Assembly: GCA_905235355.1 (NCBI GenBank)
Contig: CAJOLM010000004.1
Coordinates: forward strand, 1 to 42,080
Length of the DNA stretch: 42,080 nucleotides
Origin: an uncultured Elusimicrobiales bacterium
GTDB lineage: Bacteria > Elusimicrobiota > Elusimicrobia > Elusimicrobiales > Elusimicrobiaceae
Direction of reading: 5' to 3'
Positions 24,701-34,736 of the stretch are shown piece by piece. The stretch's first letter is position 1. The number at the start of each line of letters is the position of its first letter. Under the pieces are notes generated by a model. That model did not search any database, had not been told where the DNA came from, and saw only the letters and a program-made list of their open reading frames with translations. Both the position numbers and the translations under genes were made by a program.

Positions 24701-25177
24701 TTACTGTATAAACTGTCCATATTTATCAATGGCCGCACACGGATATTGGCTGCCGCTGCGGGTATCTTTCATACAAACTATTCCTGCGCACGATCCACAT
24801 ATATTTTTCGTTCCGCTAGTGTTAAAAACAAATTGATAATCCATATACTTGTCCGACGTAAGCGGAAGTTTATTTAAATAATTATGACTTTGTAACCAGC
24901 CTACAAATTGTTTTTCATCGGTTGGCGGAGTAGTGCTAGTCGTATCAGCCGGAGTTCTAACCGTGCCCGAACGGGACAGAGTCGGATAATCTTCCGAAAA
25001 CATACGCATGGCATTACCTATATCAATCAGCACTCCCGAGGCGGCGCGGAAGCGGTTTTTTTCTTGTGCTTTTTTATACGCAGGTACTGCAAACATAGTC
25101 ACAATCACTGCAATCAGCACCACAATCAATACTTCCAGCAATGTAAAACCGCTACGCGCATTTTTATGCATATGCAC
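24701..25177 (-). CDS. Type IV pilin-like protein
   Basis: ARSG|FTLLEVLIVVLIAVIV..FAVPAY and a C-terminal Cys cluster. Confidence 0.88.
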   Translation of the reverse strand: MHMHKNARSGFTLLEVLIVVLIAVIVTMFAVPAYKKAQEKNRFRAASGVLIDIGNAMRMFSEDYPTLSRSGTVRTPADTTSTTPPTDEKQFVGWLQSHNYLNKLPLTSDKYMDYQFVFNTSGTKNICGSCAGIVCMKDTRSGSQYPCAAIDKYGQFIQ

Positions 25178-25183
25178 CTCTTA

Positions 25184-26407
25184 TTATTGTCCACCGATTT
25201 GAGACAACTTGAAAATCGGCAAGAAGATAGATGCCACAATAATACCAATCAGCGAACCGACGCCCACAATCAAAATCGGGTCAATAACCGCCGAGAAACG
25301 GGCAATAAACTGGTCCACATGGTCAGAATAAAATCTAGATAGCGTGCCAATAATGCTAGGCAGTTTACCAGATTCTTCACCCATTAACATCATTTCAGTC
25401 ATCAGCCCCGGGAACACACCTGCTGCCCGGAACGAATCAGAAATAGACCGCCCGGCCGCCACTTCTGTCTTAGCTTGGCGCAGTGCATTTTGAATAATGA
25501 CGTTTGTATTGAAGGAATCTTCCAATACCACGATAGCGTTCAAAATCGTCACACCGCTGCGCAACAAGGTGGACAGAGTCGTCAACATACGAGAATAATA
25601 AATATTACGCAAGAAATTGCCGAAAATGGGCATAGAGATAAGGAAGGCATGCCAGCGTTTTCTTCCTTCCGGCGTTTTAATATAAAAACGGAACACTAAA
25701 ACAGCCACAATAAATGACACGATAATTAGCACACCGTGATTGATTAAAAATCCGGAAACGGCAAGCACTACCACGGTAATCATGGGCAGTTCAATATTAA
25801 AATCTTTAAAGATTTGAGCAAATGTCGGTACAATACCCAAGATAAAGTAAATCAGCACGCCCACAGATGCCACACACAAAATAGCCGGATAGGTGATGGC
25901 AGTAATAATTTTACTCTTCATGCCTTCTTGCATCTTAATATAGGCTGAAATTTGCTCCAATGTATCCGCTAGATTACCACCGACTTCGCCCGCCTCTACC
26001 AGAGAAAGCCAAATTGTGTCAAACGTTTTGGGGTGATGGCTTAAGGCAGAATGTAAGGAGTTTCCCCCCGCAATATCTTTAGCCACCTGGCTCAGTACTA
26101 ATCCTAAACGCGGACTAGAGGAATATTCACTGAGCAGCGCAATAGCACGCACAAGCGGCACACCGCCAGCAATTAGGGTAGATAACTGTTCGGCGAAGAA
26201 GGCCAACACGTAACCGGGTACTTTCCCGCCAACTTTTCGGCTTGAGTTCTTGTTGCCGAATAAAGAATGCCCGCCTTCTCTTACTTCCAGAATAATATAT
26301 CCTTTATTTTGCAAGGCATAAATGACACGATCCCGGCTCTCGGCATTAATACTGCCCTTGCGGGTTTTTCCGGCCGCGTCTTTAACGACATAAATATACT
26401 TTTGCAT
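25184..26407 (-). CDS. pilC: Inner-membrane platform protein PilC/GspF
   Basis: QLSTLI.GGVPL, HPK.F....SLV.AGE.GG.L, A.TYP, L.TLL.SGV, GEESG.L, I.LPIF. Confidence 0.93.
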   Translation of the reverse strand: MQKYIYVVKDAAGKTRKGSINAESRDRVIYALQNKGYIILEVREGGHSLFGNKNSSRKVGGKVPGYVLAFFAEQLSTLIAGGVPLVRAIALLSEYSSSPRLGLVLSQVAKDIAGGNSLHSALSHHPKTFDTIWLSLVEAGEVGGNLADTLEQISAYIKMQEGMKSKIITAITYPAILCVASVGVLIYFILGIVPTFAQIFKDFNIELPMITVVVLAVSGFLINHGVLIIVSFIVAVLVFRFYIKTPEGRKRWHAFLISMPIFGNFLRNIYYSRMLTTLSTLLRSGVTILNAIVVLEDSFNTNVIIQNALRQAKTEVAAGRSISDSFRAAGVFPGLMTEMMLMGEESGKLPSIIGTLSRFYSDHVDQFIARFSAVIDPILIVGVGSLIGIIVASIFLPIFKLSQIGGQ

Positions 26408-26414
26408 AAAACCC

Positions 26415-28148
26415 TTAATCCTCCGTTGTGACATTTAGAATTTCGTCAACGGTCGTAAGACCTTTGACTACTTTTCGCCAACCGTTTGCGCGCAAATTCA
26501 GTGTACCGGTTTTCGTAGCCGCTTTGCGCAGTTCAATCAAATCTTGCGATTTATAAATAACATTACGCATTTCTTCATTAATGCGGTATACCTCATAAAT
26601 AGCGCGGCGGCCTAAAAAGCCGGTTCCTACGCATTTCGGGCAGCCCACTGCTTTATAGAACGTCCATGTATTTACGTCCTTGGGATTAAAATGTCCTTCG
26701 GTAATAATTTTTGCCACCTGGCTTGCTTCTGGCTGATACGGTACTTTACAATACGGACACAAAATACGCACCAAACGCTGGGCAGCCACCAGAGCCAAAG
26801 AGCTAGAAAGTAAGAACGGCTCCATACCCATATCAATCAAGCGGGGAATAGCACCCAACGCGTCATTGGTGTGCAAAGTAGAAAGCACTAAGTGACCTGT
26901 TAAAGCAGCTTTCAAACACGCTTCCGCTGTTTCGTTATCGCGGACCTCACCTACCAGGATTACGTCCGGGTCCTGACGTAAGAAGGAACGCAAGCCCGCC
27001 GCGAAGGTAAGGCCAATCTGCGGTTTCACCTGCACTTGGCTGATACCAGCCAGCTTATATTCTACCGGGTCTTCCAGTGTCATAAAGTTTAATTCCGGTG
27101 TGCGAATAGTGGTCAACACCGCGTTTAAGGTGGTAGATTTACCAGACCCTGTTGGCCCGGTCAAGAAAATTAATCCGTGAGGCAAATGAGACGCTTCCAA
27201 AAAGGCTTTTTTCTGTTCCGGCTCAAAACCCAATTTGTCTACGTTCATTTCCCCAGTACCGCGGTCCAAAATACGAAGCACGAGCTTTTCCCCGTACACG
27301 GCCGGACACACAGATACACGGACCTCAATGACACGGTTTTGATATTTCATACCAAAACTGCCGTCCTGCGGCAAACGCTTTTCGGCAATATCTAGTTTAG
27401 ACAAAATTTTAATACGGGAAATAATAGCGGCTACAGAATCTTTTGTCGGCGGTGTGCGTTCATATAAAGAACCATCAATACGGAAACGCAAACTCACGCG
27501 CTCGTCAAATAACTCTAAGTGAATATCAGACGCACGCTCCGAAACTGCTTGTTTCAAAATAGCGTTTACCAGTTTAATATATTGGGAAGAATTAGCCGAA
27601 TCACGGTCTAAATCCAAATTACCGGAATCAATTTGCACATCTTCATCAGAAGCTGTACTAGTAGTACTCGAGCCCTTTTCGGCCTCGTTTACCACTTCTT
27701 CCAATAGATTTTTATGCCCATAAAACGCATCAATAGCAGATAAAATTTGGCTCTTACTGGCAATAAACGGCTGCACTTCTTTACCTGCCATCATGCGGAT
27801 ATTATCCATCAAGAACAAGTTGGAAGGGTCATAGAAGGCGGCGGCCAGTTCATTATTTTCAATAAACAAAGGAATGACCAAATTTTCACGAGCAAATTTT
27901 TCCGGAACCAATTTGTGCAATTCTTGTTCTCGTTCCGGATTTAAAATACCATTTTCTTTGGAAGCATAAGGGAGAGAAAGATGTTTGGCCCGGGCAGAAG
28001 TCACTTGTTCTTCGGTTGCAAAGCCGAACAACACCAATGCATCTGCCACAGAAGTATTATTTTGACGGGCATAAGTATCTGCACGTTTAATTTGTTCTTC
28101 ATTAATCGTGCCTTGTTCTAATAAAATATCAGTTAATTCTTTTGCCAT
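26415..28148 (-). CDS. pilB: Pilus assembly ATPase PilB/GspE
   Basis: ASDIH, RFRIDG, LDIAEKRLPQDG, GPTGSGKSTTL, EDPVE, LRQDPD.I.VGE.RD, TGHLV.STLHTN, and CxxC...GCxxC zinc site. Confidence 0.95.
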   Translation of the reverse strand: MAKELTDILLEQGTINEEQIKRADTYARQNNTSVADALVLFGFATEEQVTSARAKHLSLPYASKENGILNPEREQELHKLVPEKFARENLVIPLFIENNELAAAFYDPSNLFLMDNIRMMAGKEVQPFIASKSQILSAIDAFYGHKNLLEEVVNEAEKGSSTTSTASDEDVQIDSGNLDLDRDSANSSQYIKLVNAILKQAVSERASDIHLELFDERVSLRFRIDGSLYERTPPTKDSVAAIISRIKILSKLDIAEKRLPQDGSFGMKYQNRVIEVRVSVCPAVYGEKLVLRILDRGTGEMNVDKLGFEPEQKKAFLEASHLPHGLIFLTGPTGSGKSTTLNAVLTTIRTPELNFMTLEDPVEYKLAGISQVQVKPQIGLTFAAGLRSFLRQDPDVILVGEVRDNETAEACLKAALTGHLVLSTLHTNDALGAIPRLIDMGMEPFLLSSSLALVAAQRLVRILCPYCKVPYQPEASQVAKIITEGHFNPKDVNTWTFYKAVGCPKCVGTGFLGRRAIYEVYRINEEMRNVIYKSQDLIELRKAATKTGTLNLRANGWRKVVKGLTTVDEILNVTTED

Positions 28149-28189
28149 TTTGCTTTCCTTTATGCTCTCATACAAATGTCATTCTTTGC

Positions 28190-28222
28190 ACTTGCCCCCT
28201 TTTGATAGCAAAGGGGGCAAGT
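28190..28222 (-). terminator. Hairpin between the secretin gene and pilB
   Basis: ACTTGCCCCCTT / AAGGGGGCAAGT 12 bp stem. Confidence 0.65.
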
Positions 28223-28247
28223 AAATAAGTCACAAATACCCCGACGT

Positions 28248-29810
28248 TTACTCCGCCAAAATCGTCGGTGTGATGAAAATAACCAAGTCAGTTGTCGTTT
28301 TAGACGTGCTGCGGCTGGTAAAGAGCCATCCCAATATGGGGATGTCACCCAAGAGAGGCACTTTACGAGTTTGGTCCGTTTCACGAGAAGTGAGCAAACC
28401 ACCGATAACAACTGTTTGACCATTTTTCACACGCACCAGCGTGGAAGTGGCACGAGTCGTTGTATCTTTGGTATTGTCAAAACCGGAGCTGACCAGGTCC
28501 GAATAAGACGGTTGCACATAGAGCGTTACATACCCTTCGCGGTTGACCTGCGGAGTAACCTGCAAGGTTAAACCTACCCGTTTTCTTTCCGCAGAAGAGG
28601 TGGCCATTTCAGTGCTGCCGCTACCTGATAAGGACTGCGTAAAACCTACAGTTGCGTCAGTAGAAGTGGTAATCGTCGCTGTTTTGTTGTTAAGCGTGAC
28701 CACTTTCGGTTTACCTAAGTATTTAGCTTCACCGCGGGTTAACAAGCTTCTCAATACAATTTTGAAAGCACTGAAATCCAAGATACCGGCAGAACTATCA
28801 CCGCTATCACCCCCCTCACCGCTATCGCCGCCAGAGGAGCCACTGCTTGTATCATTAGCACTGGGGAAGATCCAGTCCCACCCGTGTAATTTGCTAGTAT
28901 GATCACTGTTCCAGCCACGCATATATTCAGAGTTTACTTCACGTTTCGGCCCAGTGAAACTGACGAGTGTACCATCAGAACCACCATATTCAAAACCCAA
29001 AGTCAAACCGCTTGTCTTACTGACTTCTACGATTTGCGCTTCAATCAAAATTTGGGGCGGTTTAATATCCAACTCAGCCAAAATGTTTTCAATCTGAGGA
29101 AATACCTCTGCCACATCTGTAATGATGAGCTTATTGGTACGCGGATCTACTGCAATGCGGCCTACAGGGGAAAGCATACTCTTGATAATGCCGATAATCT
29201 CCGCAGAACCTGAGTAAGCATCTCCATTAGAAGAAGAGGAAGAGCTATTACCGTTGCTATAGCTAGAGCTCATATAGCCAGAGCTAGGCGAAGAAACATC
29301 CTGTGGCATGATGCTGGCTAACTCGCTAGATGCAGAACCGATGGACTGCAGCGAAATATAGCTTAGCGTATAAATTTTCGTAATAGTATCCGGAGCGTCA
29401 TTAGAACGCTTGGTAACCACATAACTATCACTTTTACCAATACGCTGATAGGTTAGCCCATGCACGCGTAACAGCGTGTCCAAAGCTTCACGTACGGTTA
29501 CCTTCGTCAAGGAAGCAGTCACCTTTTTATTGGCAAACTCTTCACTCATGATGAAGTTAATCTGGGCCTGAGTGGTAATACTGTTTAAAAAGGCCGATAT
29601 AGGTACGTTTGACACACGAATGGACACTTTACGGTCCAACGGAGAAGCGACCTCTGTTTCCTTATACAAATCCGGCTCACCAGAAAGTCTTACCGTTTCG
29701 TCAGCCGAGATGACAGTAGCATCTGCTACCGTGTTTTGTGCGCTTACCGTCAGTGGCAAACTAACAGCTACCATCAGCACGGCTAGCACGACTACTAAGC
29801 TATTTTTCAT
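28248..29810 (-). CDS. pilQ: Secretin PilQ/GspD
   Basis: Signal peptide, STN/N domains, D.RTN.LII.D, LD..P.QILIEA.IVEV, GL.L.VTPQ, V.NGQT.VIGGL, KVPLLGDIP.LG.LF, L.IFITP.I. Confidence 0.93.
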   Translation of the reverse strand: MKNSLVVVLAVLMVAVSLPLTVSAQNTVADATVISADETVRLSGEPDLYKETEVASPLDRKVSIRVSNVPISAFLNSITTQAQINFIMSEEFANKKVTASLTKVTVREALDTLLRVHGLTYQRIGKSDSYVVTKRSNDAPDTITKIYTLSYISLQSIGSASSELASIMPQDVSSPSSGYMSSSYSNGNSSSSSSNGDAYSGSAEIIGIIKSMLSPVGRIAVDPRTNKLIITDVAEVFPQIENILAELDIKPPQILIEAQIVEVSKTSGLTLGFEYGGSDGTLVSFTGPKREVNSEYMRGWNSDHTSKLHGWDWIFPSANDTSSGSSGGDSGEGGDSGDSSAGILDFSAFKIVLRSLLTRGEAKYLGKPKVVTLNNKTATITTSTDATVGFTQSLSGSGSTEMATSSAERKRVGLTLQVTPQVNREGYVTLYVQPSYSDLVSSGFDNTKDTTTRATSTLVRVKNGQTVVIGGLLTSRETDQTRKVPLLGDIPILGWLFTSRSTSKTTTDLVIFITPTILAE

Positions 29811-29830
29811 CTATCCTCCTGTAATTTCCT

Positions 29831-30655
29831 TTACTTCAATGTAACCTTCTTTGTAAATTTTTGGCCTTTATATGTGAATACGACGGCATCCGGTTGTATA
29901 CTTACAATCTTCGCCCCCAACACACTTTGGCCCACAGTATATACCCTCTCTCCAATAAACACTTCTTGACCAATGATACCATTGATATGGATTTTACCAC
30001 GGATTTCTTTAGAGGGGTCACGCAAGCGCTCCAACTCCAACTGACGCTGCCGCTCTAGCTCGGTCAGACGCTTCTTCTCTGCATCTAATCTGCGCTGTTT
30101 TTCTAACTCAATGGCCCGCAAACGTTCTTCTTCTCTATGTTTAAGCAGCAAAACATCGTCCGGAGACAAGGTAGGATCACGATCTGTAACCGGTTTATAT
30201 GAAACCCGTAAAGGGGTGTTGGCTGGGGACGCTTGGGTAGAGGTATCCCGTACCGTAGCGGCTTGCTCCCCTACAGGAGCACCGGCTTCTATTGGCTGGG
30301 CATCAGAGCCCCCCTTTCTAGCCTTTTCTTCCGCATCTAATTCTGCCCGAACTTTTTCAATAGATACTGGCGGCAAGGTGGGATTCATTTTCTGCACCAT
30401 TACTTCTTCATTGGAAACATTGGAATTTGTAATAGCAATAACTCCCTTGTTAGCAGGAGCAGCAGGTCTGGCCGTTTGCGCCGCTTTGCGACGGGCCGGC
30501 GCAGGAACCGGTTTTGGCGCAGGAGCCGGTGCCGCTTGTTCTTCTGTTTCCGAGGGTAAATTCAAATCCGGCACGGCAGGTGCAAAATCCGAAGCTGCCC
30601 AAACAGACGCCCCGCTTAAACACAAGACTGCGATAAGAGAATATTTTATTTTCAT
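29831..30655 (-). CDS. PilP-like exported protein
   Basis: Located between PilO and the secretin, with a signal peptide, Pro/Ala linker, RDP motif and C-terminal I.GI.....Y.VG..V.G..I..I....V beta domain. Confidence 0.6.
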   Translation of the reverse strand: MKIKYSLIAVLCLSGASVWAASDFAPAVPDLNLPSETEEQAAPAPAPKPVPAPARRKAAQTARPAAPANKGVIAITNSNVSNEEVMVQKMNPTLPPVSIEKVRAELDAEEKARKGGSDAQPIEAGAPVGEQAATVRDTSTQASPANTPLRVSYKPVTDRDPTLSPDDVLLLKHREEERLRAIELEKQRRLDAEKKRLTELERQRQLELERLRDPSKEIRGKIHINGIIGQEVFIGERVYTVGQSVLGAKIVSIQPDAVVFTYKGQKFTKKVTLK

Positions 30656-31287
30656 TTTTTGCCCCCTGCCTGCTGCGGATTATCTTTAAATATTACCGGA
30701 GCAATTTTCTCTTTGAGAAACACCGTACTAATACGCATTTTAATCGTATTTTGCCCTAAATTTTCTTTCTGTTTATCAATGGAGAAATCCGTAACGCGCA
30801 AATATTCGGAACGATTTTCAATATCTGCCATTAAGCGGCCAAAGCTGTCATAAGAAATGTTTAAATCTACCGGAATTGTAGCTACCGTGTAGGCGCTATT
30901 GCTGGCGTCTTCCGCCTGAGCGGCCCCTACTTTGGGCAGCAAATTAGAATCTTTAAACACCGCCACGATTTGCCGTAACAGCCAGTCATTTTTTACAGAA
31001 ATGTCCGGGAAACGGGGCTCCAATTCCAGCAATTTCTTTTTATTGGCCAAATATTCTTTTTCGTTTTGTTGCTGCGCATGAACAGCATCTATACGCCCCA
31101 CCACCGTAGTTTGCTTGTTAAGAATAGAGGTGTTAACGTAACGGAAAAGGAAATACAAAATAATTACTGCAGAAAGCTGCTTCACAAACAGTTTATAATT
31201 ATTATCTTGCAGTACCGTTTTCATATCGCGAAATCCCGCTTTAAGAGATTCCAGCCATTTATTCGGATTTTTTATAGGGTTGTTCAT
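30652..31287 (-). CDS. pilO: PilO/GspM-like protein
   Basis: Single TM, coiled coil, and a ferredoxin-like P..L...Y..FGR....IE....LRV segment, in the expected operon position. Confidence 0.7.
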   Translation of the reverse strand: MNNPIKNPNKWLESLKAGFRDMKTVLQDNNYKLFVKQLSAVIILYFLFRYVNTSILNKQTTVVGRIDAVHAQQQNEKEYLANKKKLLELEPRFPDISVKNDWLLRQIVAVFKDSNLLPKVGAAQAEDASNSAYTVATIPVDLNISYDSFGRLMADIENRSEYLRVTDFSIDKQKENLGQNTIKMRISTVFLKEKIAPVIFKDNPQQAGGKK

Positions 31288-32885
31288 TTGGCAGATCCTC
31301 CTTTATCACAAGTAAACACAAAGGAAGTTTCTTTATTTTTACCATTGCTACCGGAGCCTGTCGTATTTCCTTCTCCGAGCAGAGCCAAATCACGATACTT
31401 AATTTCCCCTTTTGTTCCACACATAGATTTAATAGAGGGGGTTTGAATTAACTTATCATAAAACGTCTTCCCTAAAGTTAAATCCTGGTCCGAATTACCT
31501 GTTTTAATAAAACCTTCCAAAATCAAGGAGCGATTGCCTCCTTTCTTTGATGGAAATTCTTCCTTATAACTGATTTTGGCTAGCCACACATCCGTCGGAA
31601 TTGCTTTCACAATATCTACCAACACAGGCGTTACATAAGCGTTGGAAACCAAGTTATCCAGATTGGTATTTTGGGTTTTAATACGGTTTAAATTGCTTTC
31701 AATTTGTTGAGCAGTTAAACCTTCAAAGTCCGCCAACACATTAGATGTGTTTTTGCGCAATTTTTTCAAGCGTTGCTCATCTGTATACAGCCCGAACCAG
31801 GTTTTCACTAACAAGCCGATAAATACCAAGGCAATCAATATCACGATCTTCCAAGCCATCAACCCGGCATTATACTCGTAATCACTCAAGCGGCTACGTT
31901 TAATAAAATCTAAATCTGGCCCTTTTTCGTCATAAAACTTCATGCTGGCACCGATGGAGGCCATCTCTCCAGCCGATTTAGTTTCTATACCGTACACTTC
32001 ACTTAAATTCCATTTTCGTACCGGCTTTTTGGAATCAGCCTCTAATACAGGAGTCCAGTTATCTGTATCTACTCCCATGATAACCGCTTCCTCAAACGGA
32101 TCACGTTCTAACTGTTTGCCGATAAATTCAGTACAGTTAGTAATTTCAAAACGACGACGCTCTACCGGTAGAGCTCCCGCTATTTCCACTTCCCGAAGCA
32201 ATACAGGAGCGTTTCCATTAGTAAACACAAAGCTAGCCACGTCCGTTCCAAAGAAGGAATAGATGCGACCGGCATCGTCCACCGCTTCTTTATCATTCTC
32301 ACTAAAGGCACGGCTTAAAGAAAGAGGCGAAGGCTCAATAACAATCGGCTCTAAGCCCAAACTTTTCAATCCCTTCTCTAGTTTTTCCACTACTTTCTTA
32401 GGTGTCATGGTAAATATGACGCCCAAACGCTTTTGTTTAGTAGCGGCAGACTCAAATTCATACACATAATAGGAATATAAGGTTTTTTCAAACGGGAAAT
32501 GAATATATTTGCGCGCCTGCAGCGGGATAGCTTCCTTCCAATGTTTACGCTCAATCATGGTAGGAACAACGAAGTGACGCAACAAAGAAAATGAAGAAGA
32601 CAAAGACACTACAACTTTTTTGTTAGTCCATTTCTTTTTGGCGGCCACTTTCGTCAATGCATCTAACCAATTATCTTCATCAAAAAATCCATCATTCAAC
32701 TCCAAGGGTTTTAACTTGGCGTGATCCACTTCAGATATAGGCACACGTAACAACGATTCCAACGTAATACTACCGTCCTTACGTACGCTTTGGGCAATGT
32801 ACATTTCATTTAGTCCAATATAAAGCCCCAATGCCTCTGGGTGGGCTTTCATATTGACACCAATTAACGTGTTAGCAATATTCAT
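31284..32885 (-). CDS. PilM-PilN fusion (GspL-like architecture)
   Basis: Actin-like PilM region (LGLYIG, A.KY..FP, GL.P..IE..P.SL.RA), then a TM, coiled coil and PilN signature I...IP.DVWL..I....L.LEG. Confidence 0.75.
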   Translation of the reverse strand: MNIANTLIGVNMKAHPEALGLYIGLNEMYIAQSVRKDGSITLESLLRVPISEVDHAKLKPLELNDGFFDEDNWLDALTKVAAKKKWTNKKVVVSLSSSFSLLRHFVVPTMIERKHWKEAIPLQARKYIHFPFEKTLYSYYVYEFESAATKQKRLGVIFTMTPKKVVEKLEKGLKSLGLEPIVIEPSPLSLSRAFSENDKEAVDDAGRIYSFFGTDVASFVFTNGNAPVLLREVEIAGALPVERRRFEITNCTEFIGKQLERDPFEEAVIMGVDTDNWTPVLEADSKKPVRKWNLSEVYGIETKSAGEMASIGASMKFYDEKGPDLDFIKRSRLSDYEYNAGLMAWKIVILIALVFIGLLVKTWFGLYTDEQRLKKLRKNTSNVLADFEGLTAQQIESNLNRIKTQNTNLDNLVSNAYVTPVLVDIVKAIPTDVWLAKISYKEEFPSKKGGNRSLILEGFIKTGNSDQDLTLGKTFYDKLIQTPSIKSMCGTKGEIKYRDLALLGEGNTTGSGSNGKNKETSFVFTCDKGGSAK

Positions 32886-32891
32886 AAAATT

Positions 32892-34580
32892 TTAGTTCCC
32901 ATAATCTTCATACGGCATATCATACGGATTGCTTACCCCCTGCGTCGCGACAGGAGCCGGGGTCGGTTGTAACAATTGCTGATCATTGTTAGACGTACTC
33001 GGGTAGGTGACTGCGTCTAACGGATCAACAACTTCCGGTTCTGTATAAACAACAGGTTGTACGTCCATCTTCATGGTGCGACCCGGTTTAGTCCACAAAC
33101 GGGCTGTTTTATAATTCAATTTTGAATTATTAGCTGTAGTTGCGGCTGTAGCTGTTTTGGTAGCAGCTTTTTTGTTCGCAGTACAAGCTACTTCTACTTG
33201 ACGGCGCAGCGTATGTTTTCCGCCTTGCACATCCGCAGCTGTTAAGACGAAGGTATACTTACCACATTCCAATTCAGGGCCGATAATCCCTTTGCGTCCG
33301 TTCCACATTAACTGATGATATACCGGTGCAAATCCTTCCAATTGACGGACAACATAATAGGTATCATTAGCTCCTTGTTGCACCACTTGAAACAGCCAGT
33401 TATCAATCGCATTTACGGTTTCAATAACAGAAAAATCAATCACAAAGGTTTCTCCGGCAGACGGATCAATTTTATTGCTTACGGGAACAACCGCCATGCT
33501 AAGCATAGGCAGCTTGCTGACACTGGCTGCATCTGGCAAAGCAGCCGGCAAATCAGCATCAAAATCAAACACAACGGACAAACCGTCTAAATTAGCAAAT
33601 TTGGCAGGAGGTTCTTGATCAAACAAACCCATATTGTAACTTAATTTACCGGAAGACAAACCTTTATGTACTAAGAAAGAATTTAACGCCATCGCCTGGC
33701 GGATGCCGGACAGTGTGATATTGTCTGTATAAGATCCCGGCGGTAAAATAATGTAACCCGCACCTTGAGTGAGAGCCATTAAAGTATATAATTCATCTAA
33801 TACAGGTTGTGCATCTGTACGAAATTTTGTACCGTCAAACAGCACATCACTATCAATATCTATGGCATCCGGTAATCCGTTGCGGAAATAGACACGCACG
33901 CCTTTTGTTTTTTCCAGCTTTGCAATAGCCGCTTCTTTCATGCTATCCAATTTTTGGCTGGTATAAAGCTGGCGTGCTTTTAAGGCAGACGGACTGGTTA
34001 AATCCATAAATGTAGAAGAGGCAGCGGATGTTTTTTCGGCAGCAGCTTGTGTGGCAGCTTCTTGCGCTTCTTTTGCTTTTTGTTCGGCTTGTTGCTGCAT
34101 TTCCAAAGCACGTTGTTGGGCTTGCTGTTCCAAAAGAGCTTGCTGACGAGCGATCTCTTCTTCATCAATTTCTACTTTTGCCGGAGCAATCAACCCTTCT
34201 TCTTCCAATTCTTTTTCTAAAGAAGAGGCCTCTGCGGACAATTGCTCTTGCAATACTGCCGGATCTTGGGCCGGCTGCAAACGGCGTTCAGTACCTTCTT
34301 TAAAATTAACATCTACTTCCACCGGGTTTTGAATACCACCAACGCGGCTGTGGATCAAATTGATGTATTTATTCGCTTCCTCTACTTCTGCGCGAGAGCC
34401 ATTGACCAACACATCAATAAAAGCGTCCATAGCTTCATCATCTTTATTGGCGGCATACAGCTGTTTACCTTTTTCCAATTGTTTGCTTGCGGAAGTAGCC
34501 GCAAACAAAGGGCTGCAGGCCAAGCACAACGCCAACAGCGCAAATAAAAATTTACCCTTCTGCATAAATAGTTTGTTCAT
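32892..34580 (-). CDS. Exported protein heading the pilus operon (TPR-like N-terminus, degenerate OmpA-like domain, Ig-like domain)
   Basis: Signal peptide, GK.LY....A...F.DVL helix pair, I.SDVLFD......L..L...YTDN...A..L..FL...G, W.....L.WNG......G.Y...L.A.D. Confidence 0.6.
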   Translation of the reverse strand: MNKLFMQKGKFLFALLALCLACSPLFAATSASKQLEKGKQLYAANKDDEAMDAFIDVLVNGSRAEVEEANKYINLIHSRVGGIQNPVEVDVNFKEGTERRLQPAQDPAVLQEQLSAEASSLEKELEEEGLIAPAKVEIDEEEIARQQALLEQQAQQRALEMQQQAEQKAKEAQEAATQAAAEKTSAASSTFMDLTSPSALKARQLYTSQKLDSMKEAAIAKLEKTKGVRVYFRNGLPDAIDIDSDVLFDGTKFRTDAQPVLDELYTLMALTQGAGYIILPPGSYTDNITLSGIRQAMALNSFLVHKGLSSGKLSYNMGLFDQEPPAKFANLDGLSVVFDFDADLPAALPDAASVSKLPMLSMAVVPVSNKIDPSAGETFVIDFSVIETVNAIDNWLFQVVQQGANDTYYVVRQLEGFAPVYHQLMWNGRKGIIGPELECGKYTFVLTAADVQGGKHTLRRQVEVACTANKKAATKTATAATTANNSKLNYKTARLWTKPGRTMKMDVQPVVYTEPEVVDPLDAVTYPSTSNNDQQLLQPTPAPVATQGVSNPYDMPYEDYGN

Positions 34581-34624
34581 AGATTTTTATTTTCCCTTTC
34601 TGCAATTAAAACGACACACAAATC

Positions 34625-34652
34625 ATTATAGCAATTTACGCTCATTTGTAAA
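34625..34652 (-). promoter_or_regulatory. Sigma70-type promoter of the pilus operon
   Basis: Minus strand TTTACA, 16 bp spacer, TATAAT with extended -10 TG, about 45 bp upstream of ATG 34580. Confidence 0.6.
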
Positions 34653-34736
34653 GCTATTTTATACTCGGAACACAAATAGCCCTTTGATTATTCAAGCAAA
34701 TAAATAGCTTCTCGTGCAAGTCCCTTTTTATATCTT

